Assembly (NCBI GenBank): GCA_009377865.1
Contig: WHTH01000017.1
Span: forward strand, 248 to 64,247
Direction: 5' to 3'
DNA from: Pseudonocardiaceae bacterium
GTDB taxonomy: Bacteria > Actinomycetota > Actinomycetes > Mycobacteriales > Pseudonocardiaceae
DNA: 64,000 nucleotides
The position numbers and the translations under genes are program-made. Shown one piece after another: positions 17,373 through 26,280 of the stretch. Under the pieces are notes generated by a model, which ran no database searches, had not been told where the DNA came from, and was given only the letters and a program-made list of their open reading frames with translations. How positions within the stretch are numbered: position 1 is the stretch's first letter; every line of letters begins with the position of its first letter.

Positions 17373-18499
17373 CGACTCTCGTTCCCTCCGGCGAAGTCGC
17401 AGACTGTGTCGGCGATGCGTTCCACCTGGGCGTCGGTCAGGTGGGGATACAGGGGGATGGCGAGGGTGCACCGGCTGGCGTACTCGGCGTGGGGCCATGT
17501 TTGGTCCGGCGCCGCGAATCCTTCGAAGGCGGGCTGTCTTGGCAGGGGCAGCGGGTAGTAGACGTGGCTTTCGATCCCCCTGGCGGCCAGCTGCTGTTGC
17601 AGCTCTTCTCGACGCTCGCTGAGCAGTGAGTAGACGTAGAAGCATCGACCGTTTCGGCCAGGAGGAGGAGCCGTCACGCTGTGCTTCGCGAGGGGCGCGA
17701 AGCGCTCGGTGTAATAGTCGGCGATCCGAGCACGCCGCTCGAGCCGGTCGGCAAGCCCCGGCAGCCGATGAAGCTGGAAGGCGGCGAGAATTTCGTCGAA
17801 GCGGCTGTTGGTGCCGATGCAGTGGTGAAGAAACCGCCGCTGCCCGTCCTGGCCGTGGTTGCGCAACATCCGGACAGTGCCGCCCAAGGCCGGATCGTCA
17901 GTGACCACGACCCCCCCTTCGCCGGCCGTGCCGAAGGTTTTGACCTGGACGAATGAGAAGACGCCTGCCTCTCCCCATCGGCCGGCGGGATGGTTGTCGA
18001 GCACTGCCCCTTGGGCCACCGCCGAGTCCTCCAGCAGCCGCAGCCGATGGCGCTCCGCGATCTGACGCATCCTCGGCATGTCGGCCATGACCGAGAAGAC
18101 GTGTGCAGGCATGATCGCCCGCGTGCGGGGGGTGATCAGGCTTTCGATCTGCTCCGGATCGGCCACCATGGTCCACGGATCGACGTCGGCGAACACCGGT
18201 GTGGCTCCCAGATTCACGACCGTGCTCGCAAGCGGCGCGCACCCGAAGGCCGGTATCACGACCTCGTCCTCGGCCCCGATCCCCATGGCGGTGAGGACGA
18301 GCGTCAGCGCCGTCGTACCGCTTCCGCATGCCACGACGTCGGCCGCCCCCAACCAGGCGCGCAACGCGTCTTCCAATCGGGCGGTGTGCTCGCCCAGTAT
18401 GAACCGCTGCGCCGGGGCGGTGCCGACCTCGTGCACGGTCTCGAGCAGGGCCTCCCGGTCATCCTCGAACACATCAGGAGGGAAGAAGGGAATCGTCAT
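17369..18499 (-). CDS. DegT/DnrJ/EryC1/StrS-family PLP aminotransferase
   Basis: Sequence reads MTIPFFPPDV..., GSGTTALTLVL, VIPAFGCAP, and FSFVQVKTFGTAGEGGVV, which contains the PLP lysine. The start forms an ATGA overlap with the upstream stop at 18496-18499. Confidence 0.85.
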   Translation of the reverse strand: MTIPFFPPDVFEDDREALLETVHEVGTAPAQRFILGEHTARLEDALRAWLGAADVVACGSGTTALTLVLTAMGIGAEDEVVIPAFGCAPLASTVVNLGATPVFADVDPWTMVADPEQIESLITPRTRAIMPAHVFSVMADMPRMRQIAERHRLRLLEDSAVAQGAVLDNHPAGRWGEAGVFSFVQVKTFGTAGEGGVVVTDDPALGGTVRMLRNHGQDGQRRFLHHCIGTNSRFDEILAAFQLHRLPGLADRLERRARIADYYTERFAPLAKHSVTAPPPGRNGRCFYVYSLLSERREELQQQLAARGIESHVYYPLPLPRQPAFEGFAAPDQTWPHAEYASRCTLAIPLYPHLTDAQVERIADTVCDFAGGNESR

Positions 18500-19694
18500 G
18501 GTGACGCCCCGGTGAAGAAGCTGGCGATCAGCTCACACACCCGTTCCAGGTCGTTCAACGACAGGTCGGGATACAGGGGCAGCGCAAGCGTTCGATCGCA
18601 GGCCGATTCTGCGCGTGGAAAGTCCCCTCGGGCGTACCCTAGGTCGGCAAAGCAGGGCTGCAAGTGCAGCGGCGTCGGATAATACGTCTCGGTCTCCACC
18701 CCCCGGTCGGCCAGGAAGGCGGCGAGCTCGTCGCGGTGTTCGACCTCGATGAGATAGACGTAGAAGACCGGGTTCGTCTCCACGTCCCGTGAGACGATCG
18801 TGGGGAGCCGTACCACGCCGGGTACATCGCGCAACCGTTCGGTGTAGGCATTGGCCAATTCAGCCCGGCGGGCGATGTCTTCGCCGAGACGCGTCAGCTT
18901 TGCAGTGAGCACAGCCGCCTGAATGTCGTCCATCTTGCTGTTGACGCCGGCCACGGACGTGCTGGTGGAGATGCGCCGGAAGTCATCCACCGTCGGACCG
19001 AACCGGCCGTGGTGACGGAGCGCCCTCGCCGTCTCCGCAACCTGCGGATCACTGGTGATGATCGCACCGGCGTCTCCGACGGCGCCCAGGGTCTTGCTGG
19101 GGAAGAACGACAGCACTCCCCCGGAACCCAGCAGCCCCGCATGGACCCCGTCCCAACGCATGCCCAGCGCCTCGGCGCTGTCCTCGACGATGTTCAGCCG
19201 GTGTCCCCGCGCCGTCTTCAGCACACCGTGCATGTCGGCCATCTGACAGAACAGGTGCACCGGCATGACCATCCGGGTTCGTTCGGTCACGACGTCCGAC
19301 ACCGACTTCGGGTCGATCCCGTAGGTGACTGGGTCGATGTCGGTGAATACCGGCCGCCCACGGGCAAGAACGACAGACGACGCCGACGCGATGAAGCTGA
19401 AGGCCGGCACGACCACCTCATCGCCCGGGCGCAGGCCGCACGCCCGCAACAACAGCACCAGTGCGTCGGTCCCTGAGTTCACACCCACCACGTGCGCGGC
19501 GCCGGTCCACTCGGCGAGTGCGGCCTCGAGCGCGGCCACCTTGCGCCCATGCGAGTACTTTCCCCGATCCATCACCTCCTTCAGGTGCGAGTGGATGAGC
19601 GGCCACAGCGCCTCGAACGTCGCCGCCTGGGTGAAGAACGGCACCAAATCCCGAGGCGAACGCCCGGATACCTGACCAGCCTGCAAGCCAGCCG
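18496..19694 (-). CDS. DegT/DnrJ/EryC1/StrS-family PLP aminotransferase (second copy)
   Basis: Motifs NSGTDALVLLL, VVPAFSFIA, and LSFFPSKTLGAVGDAGAI, which contains the PLP lysine. The start is uncertain: GTG at 19694 was chosen, GTG at 19641 (VPFFTQ...) is also possible, and the ORF track extends to 19776. Confidence 0.8.
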
Positions 19695-19735
19695 CCCTCC
19701 TCACGTTGCGCCTTGTCCGGATCGGCGGCCTAGTG

Positions 19736-20317
19736 CTAGAGCGGGATGACTTGGACCGTTCCGGTGAAGCCGCCATCTGTCAGGGGGCGCGTTGCGCCGC
19801 AGTTCCCGGTGACACCAGTCGGCACGGCCTCTTGGATAACCTCAGAGCCCTTGAGCGGCCCCTCTACGAACTTTGCCCTCACAGTCGGCACGGCCCCATA
19901 GGTCACAGTTTCCCAGCTGACGACTGACTTGTCGCCGTTGTCCCAAACCACGTCCACTGTTCCATGCGCCTCCATGACACCGGGGGCGGCGGTGCATCCC
20001 AGCACCCCGGTTCCCTCGATCTTGCCGGTCGCGCCCTGGTATGGGATTCCGGTCGCAGAAGTGCAAGGGGTTGACGGCGACAGTGCCGTCCCTACTTGCA
20101 GGATGCCCGATATGGTCTGGCGTTGAGGGGTAGACGTCAGGCCTGGCTCGAAGTGCAGAGTCGCCGCGTCGGGGCATTCGAGGTCGGCGCCCGTGGTCGG
20201 CTGACCTGAAGCTTGCTGTGGGACAGCCACGACTGCCAGCAGTAGAAGGAACACTGTTAATAGCAGCCACCTCCGGCGATGCAACAAGGCCTGCGGACGG
20301 ACGGTGTGTCGTGACAT
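19736..20317 (-). CDS. Secreted protein of unknown function
   Basis: ATG at 20317 with strong RBS AAAGGAG. The signal peptide reads RRRWLLLTVFLLLLAVVAVPQQASG. The mature part contains 5 Cys. No family was recognised. Confidence 0.6.
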   Translation of the reverse strand: MSRHTVRPQALLHRRRWLLLTVFLLLLAVVAVPQQASGQPTTGADLECPDAATLHFEPGLTSTPQRQTISGILQVGTALSPSTPCTSATGIPYQGATGKIEGTGVLGCTAAPGVMEAHGTVDVVWDNGDKSVVSWETVTYGAVPTVRAKFVEGPLKGSEVIQEAVPTGVTGNCGATRPLTDGGFTGTVQVIPL

Positions 20318-20426
20318 CCTATCTCCTTTCCGGTTCTATCGCGCTGACGGACCTCTAGCCAAGATGGGGACGTGGTCGCCAGGAATTCGTTGCTGGTCGG
20401 TTGATGCAAGCGGCGTCAGGATCTGC

Positions 20427-21104
20427 TTAGTAATCACCAATGCCAGTAACGCCGTCTTCGGACGCTTCCCTCTCAATCGTGTGCGCTTGTCCTGTGGCTT
20501 TCAGCGGGCCGTAAGCCTCGCTGTGGGTGTCGTCGCGGGTGACCATCGACGAGCTGTACGTTTGCCCGACGGGTGCGGTGGCTCCGCTAAATGCTGCACC
20601 TACGGGTGGTTTCGGCTGCTCGCTGGTGGGCGGAGCAACGAAGGTTGCCTCCGTGACCGTCGTGGGAAGCACGCCGTCGGCCCGGGAGGAGTTGGTCGTC
20701 CCCGTGGGATCCGAAGCGGAGTGTGTCTCGGAATCGCCGAGCAGGCCAAAGCCGACAATGCAGGCGCCGGTGACGCTCTGCGGGGAAAGGCTTCGAGTAT
20801 CACTGCTCGAAAGGACGGCGAGCCCTGGGATCCCGGCTTTCATATCGATGCCGGTGGACAGTTGGGCTGCCTGTGGTTGCATCAGGCAGGTGGCGACCCC
20901 AAGTGGAGTTCGGAATCCGGTATCGACACATGCCCCTGAGGCGCGTGCGGTCGGGGTGGCGGAGCCGTCGTCGCCCCCGGCAAACGCGGCCGGGCTGGTG
21001 GCCAAGAACCCGAACGAGGTCATCGCCAGGGCGGCCGCCCCGCGGGCGCCCTGGCTCGCCAAGGTGCTGGTCACAGCGGGCTTGGCATGCTTCGCCACAG
21101 TCAT
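20427..21104 (-). CDS. Secreted Ser/Thr/Ala-rich protein of unknown function
   Basis: ATG at 21104 with RBS GAGAGGA. The N-terminal signal-like segment reads AAALAMTSFGFLATSPAAFAGG. No family was recognised. Confidence 0.5.
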   Translation of the reverse strand: MTVAKHAKPAVTSTLASQGARGAAALAMTSFGFLATSPAAFAGGDDGSATPTARASGACVDTGFRTPLGVATCLMQPQAAQLSTGIDMKAGIPGLAVLSSSDTRSLSPQSVTGACIVGFGLLGDSETHSASDPTGTTNSSRADGVLPTTVTEATFVAPPTSEQPKPPVGAAFSGATAPVGQTYSSSMVTRDDTHSEAYGPLKATGQAHTIEREASEDGVTGIGDY

Positions 21105-21881
21105 AGGTCCTCTCTATCGTCACAGCAGATCCGGCCCCGGGACAGGGCGGATCGACCGGCCACCTACCAGCACCGCCCGGGCCCGGCAGAGGACCGACCA
21201 CCACCGACCATCTCGATCGTGACATCTCTATAACTTGTGACGCGTTGCGACGATATGGTCGCCGTCCGTCACCACACGATGGTGTGGAACCACGGCGCCA
21301 CGTGCAACCCACCTGAGTCCGACATAGACGGCATCCACGTCCATAACAGACATGACCGACCGCGGCACCGGTAATCGACCGACCACCGCGGACGTGGGCC
21401 ACCCGGGCACCGGTCACGGGACGCCGGTACCCGGATGGAGCTCCGAGGGGACAAGGACCGCCCGACGGCCGCAAGGCCGCGCAGGTCCCATGTCGGTCAC
21501 GATGCTGGCCCTGTAGTGGCGACCGCGTCTACGACAGGACGCCACATCATCCGGACGAGAGGGTGTGACCTCGGTCACCGGCCATGACCGAGACCAGTCC
21601 CTTGTGGGATCGCACCCGCGACACCGCAGCCGAACCCGTCGACCGCCCCGTCATGCCGCCCTACCTTTCAGGTGTGCTCCCGGTCGTCCGGAAAGATCGG
21701 GGGACGCAGGCGGGGCAGGGATGGCTGTCATGCCAGCTGCCTTTGATGGCTCGGGTGGCTTGGCCGCCTGCCCCGCTCCCTGGTTCTGACCGCTGATTAG
21801 GCACTGCGACCGATCGTTGTGTAGGGCGTTGACGGCGGAACGGGGACGCGCCACAGCGGCACCGAAGGAAGCGAGGGATCG

Positions 21882-22320
21882 ATGGCAGTTGCCGTAGGAA
21901 TCGACGTCGCCAAGGAGTTTCACTGGGTCGCGGTCGTGTCGGTCGAGTCCGGCAAGGTGCTGCTCTCGCAGAATCGACAACAACTCGAACGGCATCGACG
22001 TGCTCATCGACCACCTGCGTAAAGCCGCTGCCAAACATGGCGAGGTCACGGTGGGAGTCGATCTGATGGGCGGCGTGGCCAGCCTGCTCACCGCCATGTT
22101 GCTCGATGCCGGCATCCGCCTGGTCCACGTCCCGGGGCTGGTGGTCAACCGAGCCCACCGCGCCAACAAGGGCGGCTAGGCCAAGTCCGACCCGCGCGAC
22201 GCCAAGACCATCGCCGATCAACTGCGGCTGCGTGACTATTGGCGCGCGAACTGGTCGACGAGAACACGATCAGCCTGGACACCACCCTCCGGCCTTGGGT
22301 ATTCACCGCAGGCTTCTGAT
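21882..22320 (+). pseudogene. IS110-family transposase, N-terminal remnant with frameshift, internal stop and 3' truncation
   Basis: Begins MAVAVGIDVAKEFHWVAVVSVESGKVLLSQ. After a frameshift it continues NGIDVLIDHLRKAAAKHGEVTVGVDLMGGVASLL...HVPGLVVNRAHRANKGG*AKSDPRDAKTIADQLRLRD, with a TAG at about 22178. The C-terminal catalytic half is absent. Confidence 0.75.
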
Positions 22321-22420
22321 CATGGATTTGCGGGGTGTCGGAACAAGGAAAGGTGCTCCTGACCTGGGATAATACGGATTGCCTAGATCTGCATGGCCCC
22401 CAGGAAGGAGCACCTTTCCG

Positions 22421-23400
22421 GTGAAGACTACAACCACCCGTCGCCAGGGCGACGATCCCGCGCTGGCGTGGTCGCAAGGACTGCAGGTCGAGGTCGGCGG
22501 GACGGGGACCGTCGCGCAGGCGGGGGTGGTGCTGCCGTGGTTGCTGGCCGACCGGCTCGGGCTGACCACCGGCCTGGCCCAGGTGATGGCGCGGGCAGGG
22601 TTCTTTCCGCTGCGCCATCGCGGTCGGGCGCTGGTCGACACCACGTGTGCCTTGGCGGCCGGGGCGACGTGCCTGTCCGATGTGGAGGCCATGACCGCGC
22701 AGGAAGAGATCTTCGGGCCCGGCGGTGGGGCGTCGGACGCACACTGCTACGGGTACTCGATGAGCTCGGCGAGCGACTCGGCGCCGACGGGCTGCCCGGA
22801 CGCCGACTGGCCCGGGCCACCGCCGCGGCCCGAGCCCGGTCGTGGGCGGCCATCATCTCCCGGCACGGGCAGCTTCCCGCGGTGCGGGTCGCCGGCCAGG
22901 ACCTGACCCGACCAGGCATCCAGCCTGGTGACCCGGCGCGGCCGGTGCTGGTGATCCGGCTCGACGCCACGTTGATCGAGGCCGCCAGCCCGAAGGCCCA
23001 CGCCGCGGGCACCTACAAAGGTGGATTCGGGTTTCATCCCCTCACCGCCTGGTGCTCCAACATCGGCGACGCACTCGCGGTGATGCAGCGCCCGGGCAAC
23101 GCCGGCTCATTCACCGCCGCCGATCACCTCGCGGTCCTGGCCGCCGCGTTCACCCAGGTCCCGGCCGATCACCGCCGCGATGTACTGGTCAGCATCGACG
23201 GCGCAGGCGCCTCCCACGAGGTCATCGACTACCTCACCTCGTTGAACACCGCACCGACCCACGGGCGCCGCGGCCGCCGCGTGGAGTACACCATCGGCTG
23301 GCCGGTCGACGAACGAACCCTGGCCGGGATCGAGCACCTGCGCGAGAGCGACTGGGACACCGCGGTGGACACCGACGGCGACCTCGACCCCGCCTGTTAG
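22421..23400 (+). pseudogene. IS1380-family transposase, frameshifted near 22737 and C-terminally truncated
   Basis: Starting at the GTG at 22421, one frame gives ...VAQAGVVLPWLLADRLGLTTGLAQV...ALAAGATCLSDVEAM. A second frame gives TLLRVLDELGE...VIRLDATLIEAASPKAHAAGTYKGGFGFHPLTAW.... It ends at 23400, well short of a full-length protein. Confidence 0.7.
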
Positions 23401-23598
23401 CCGCCGTTCCTGATGACCATGGGGTGGTAGGTCGGCGTCAGCGGGTGTGTGCGGCGTGGTGAGCCGGCCCGGGGGTGGCGGTGGTGTTGGTGTGCGACGA
23501 CAACGTGACGATGTGCGGCGTCTGGTTGGAGGTGGGCCCTCCCGGTCGTCTTTTCCCGGAGCCGCCGGGAGGGCCACCTGAGCGCGCTCGGAGGCGCC

Positions 23599-24210
23599 GT
23601 GCTCACGGTAGGCAAAGACGTTTCGCAGGTCGAGCGGCGGCTGTCGGAGGGCCTGCTGGCGTGCCCGGACTGTTCGGGTCGGCTGGGTCCGTGGGGTCAT
23701 GCCCGGCCGCGGGCGCTGCGCGGGGGCGACGGGTCGCAGTGGTGGCGTCGGCCGCGGCGGGCGAGGTGCTCGGGATGCGCCCGGACCCATGTGTTGTTGC
23801 CGGTGCGCGCCCTGCTCCGGCGCGCGGACGTGGTCGAGGTGATCGGCGCCGCGCTGGGTCTCGCCGCGGCGGGCTGGGGGCATCGGCGGATCGCTGAGTC
23901 GCTGGGGCGCCCGGCCGCGACGGTGCGGGGCTGGCTGCGCCGGTTCCGTGGCCGGGTGGAGTCGCTGCGGTCGGGGTTCACACAGCTGCTGGTCGGGTTG
24001 GACCCGCTGGCGCTGCTCCCGCAGCCGGCCGCGTCGGCGCTGGGTGACGCGGTCGCCGCGATCCTCGCGGCGGCGGTGGCAGTGGTGCGCCGGTGGGGCG
24101 ACGCGGTGAGCGGGTTGTCGCCGTGGGAGCTGGCCGCCGCGGTCAGCTCGGGACGGCTGCTGGCCCCGGCCGGCACCCCGATGTCGATCAACACGAGCCG
24201 CCCCTGGTGA
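23599..24210 (+). CDS. DUF6431-like Zn-ribbon/HTH protein, an accessory gene of Mu/Tn-type elements in actinomycetes
   Basis: Contains LACPDCSGRLGPWGHARPRAL...RARCSGCARTHVLLPV and ...IAESLGRPAATVRGWLRRFRGR. The assignment is from remembered family features only. Confidence 0.5.
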   Translation: MLTVGKDVSQVERRLSEGLLACPDCSGRLGPWGHARPRALRGGDGSQWWRRPRRARCSGCARTHVLLPVRALLRRADVVEVIGAALGLAAAGWGHRRIAESLGRPAATVRGWLRRFRGRVESLRSGFTQLLVGLDPLALLPQPAASALGDAVAAILAAAVAVVRRWGDAVSGLSPWELAAAVSSGRLLAPAGTPMSINTSRPW

Positions 24211-24403
24211 CCGGCGCTGCGGGCCGCCAGGCTCCGCGCGGACGATCTTTCGACCGTGAGGAGTGCGAGTGACCGAGATCGATGAGCAGGCGCGGCGGCG
24301 GGCGGAGCGTGTTGCCCGACGCTCGTTCTGCACACGAACGACGCCACGATGATGACCACGAGCCGGCGGCCCGCGACCATGGACGTCGTCACCTTGGCGG
24401 CCT

Positions 24404-24643
24404 GATCGTCACGACGTCGACGAAGCCCACCTGCTCGACCACCCCCAGCTCGAAAGCATCCGGATGCTGACCAACCACGACATGGACTCCCGCAGCCCGT
24501 TCGCCGCGCTCCTGATCGGACAACCCACCCTCCGCCGCAAGATCAAACTCGGGGTGCTCGCCGCGCTCGACCAACGCATCGCCGTCCGCTACCACATGAC
24601 CGGCATGACCAGCGAGGAAACCGCCGTGAGCTTGGCCCCGTAG
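24404..24643 (+). pseudogene. C-terminal fragment of an ExeA/TniB-like AAA ATPase (transposition helper)
   Basis: The 80-codon fragment reads DVDEAHLLDHPQLESIRMLTNHDMDSRSPFAALLIGQPTLRRKIKLGVLAALDQRIAVRYHMTGMTSEETA. It has no N-terminal P-loop part. A 20-codon stub of another gene precedes it (24270-24330). Confidence 0.6.
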
Positions 24644-24971
24644 CACGGACACCTGACGTGAGGTGGCCTCGGCCACCAGGAAGGATGTCCCGGTGCCTGC
24701 ACCACACCCACCTGAGTGCAGCCGCGACATGGCCACCGACGTCGCCCTCGCCGTCGAGGACGACATGCGTGCGCTTCTCGAGCGCGAGACCCCGCACATC
24801 AGGTTCCTGGGCGAACGTGCCCCACCGTGGCCCGGCAACGCGATCCCCGCCCGGGCCGCGGCCCTGTCCAGGAGCCGTCCGATGGCGCGGCCTCGGTCGG
24901 GCCTGACGGGCGAACAGCAACGTGACGTCGCCGGAGCTGTGACCAGCCTCGAGACCCCATACACTTGGCGC

Positions 24972-25643
24972 ATGGCTGCGAGGGCGGTGGACGAAGCGGC
25001 GTCCAACGGTCCGGGTCCCCCCGATCGCTTGAGGCGCGGTCGGCCACCGCGCACGACGCGCGGGCGAATTGCGCACGTTGCCCTCGAGCTGTTCGCGCGC
25101 GAGGGCTTCGACGAGACCACTGTTGATGAGATTGCGGCTGCGGTAGGGATCGGGCGTCGCACGTTCTTCCGCTATTTTCCGTCGAAGAACGACGTCCTGT
25201 GGAGCGACCATGGCGCGCGTCTGGAACAGATGGGGGCGCACCTGCGCGCGTCCCCGCCGGACGAGCCGTTGCTCGACACGGTCCGTAGGGCCGTTGTGGC
25301 CAGTACCGATTTCAGTCGTGCCGAGCAACATGCCTTGCGTCTGCGCATCGAGCTGATCGAGGCCGTCCCCTCTCTTCAGGCGCACTCGGTGCTCGTGCAT
25401 GCCGCCTGGCGGCGGGTGATTGCAGAGTTCGTGGCGCAGCGGCTGGGTCTTGAGGCTGAGGATCTGCTGCCTCAAGCCATCGCGTATGCCAGTCTGGGTG
25501 TCACGATGGCGTCCACGCGATGGTGGGTACGGCGCGGAGGCACCAACTTGCAGGATCATCTCGATCTGGCATTGCGCCACCTTGCGACCGGGTTCGGACA
25601 GGTGGAGGCACTTGCAGATCAGTCGAGGCGGGCTCGTTGGTGA
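24972..25643 (+). CDS. TetR-family transcriptional regulator
   Basis: ORF 24663-25643 was trimmed to the ATG at 24972. The HTH region reads RIAHVALELFAREGFDETTVDEIAAAVGIGRRTFFRYFPSKNDVLW. Confidence 0.8.
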   Translation: MAARAVDEAASNGPGPPDRLRRGRPPRTTRGRIAHVALELFAREGFDETTVDEIAAAVGIGRRTFFRYFPSKNDVLWSDHGARLEQMGAHLRASPPDEPLLDTVRRAVVASTDFSRAEQHALRLRIELIEAVPSLQAHSVLVHAAWRRVIAEFVAQRLGLEAEDLLPQAIAYASLGVTMASTRWWVRRGGTNLQDHLDLALRHLATGFGQVEALADQSRRARW

Positions 25644-25685
25644 TCGTTGCAAGGCGGACTGGGCCAGGCAGGCTGGGCTGATCAG

Positions 25686-25706
25686 GACCCGCCGCCTGGG
25701 CGGGTT
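25686..25706 (+). terminator. Possible intrinsic terminator hairpin after the TetR gene (no U-tract)
   Basis: ACCCGCC-gccug-GGCGGGU, a 7-8 bp GC stem with a 5-nt loop, lies 43 nt after the stop. Confidence 0.35.
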
Positions 25707-26160
25707 CTGAACCGGTGTTCAGGGGGCAGCGCGGTGCGGATCACCGTGATGTGGTCGGCGTTGTGTGTTGGACACGGCGACGCCGGGCGCAGCGGCACCC
25801 GACAGCGGCTCCCCTTGCCGCCGGGCCTGATCGACGAAGACCGCGACGGGTGACGACCGAAGCCGCGCTCGACCGTCCTTGCCCGGGGGCGGTGACCATG
25901 AGGTGCTCTGCTCCTGGGCTGATCGGATGTGGACCTTCACAGTGACACATCCTTGCTGGTAAGAGCTGCCTTCAGCCTTCCCCCGCGCCCGCCCGAAGCG
26001 GCCCGTGAACGCACCGAGAGGGTTCCGGAGCCCCGTGGGCTCGTGCGCTGGGGCGCCTCATGACGCGGTCGCGACGGGGACATCCCGGGGGCACGTCGAC
26101 TCGGTGGTCGAGGTCGTCAGAGGGAACGCCATCACGGCTCAACTTGCACCGATCGGACGC

Positions 26161-26189
26161 TTGACAGCCTGTGTGACCCCTGGGATATT
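26161..26189 (+). promoter_or_regulatory. Candidate sigma-A-type promoter for the MetE-like gene pair
   Basis: TTGACA (26161-26166), a 17-nt spacer, then GATATT (26184-26189), about 90 nt upstream of the ATG at 26281. It is flanked by the short inverted repeat TGTGAC...GTCACA. Confidence 0.35.
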
Positions 26190-26280
26190 GTATTGGCACT
26201 GAGTGTCACAATGATTGGCATGGGGACATGGCACGCCGGTGCCAGTAAACATCGTCGATCGGGGAAAAGGTCGTGATCAC

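Noticed and set aside
21480-21881. IS110 5' non-coding region as a bridge/seek RNA
   Set aside because: IS110-family elements do encode such RNAs. However, the element is a decayed fragment, its left end is undefined, and I cannot verify the RNA structure by eye.
23107-24333. 408-aa minus-strand ORF across the IS1380 and DUF6431 region
   Set aside because: It is extremely Arg/Pro-rich and antisense to recognisable transposase and DUF6431 frames.
24972-25643. TetR regulator as the aconitase repressor AcnR
   Set aside because: It lies 30 kb from acn in accessory DNA, next to the MetE-like pair. The gene downstream of acn here is a TSUP permease, so no AcnR call was made.
25650-26160. 510-nt gap between the TetR gene and the MetE-like pair, with small ORFs (for example 25719-25940 on the minus strand)
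   Set aside because: The translations are Arg/Pro/Gly-rich with no motifs and weak start contexts. No gene or RNA was called.
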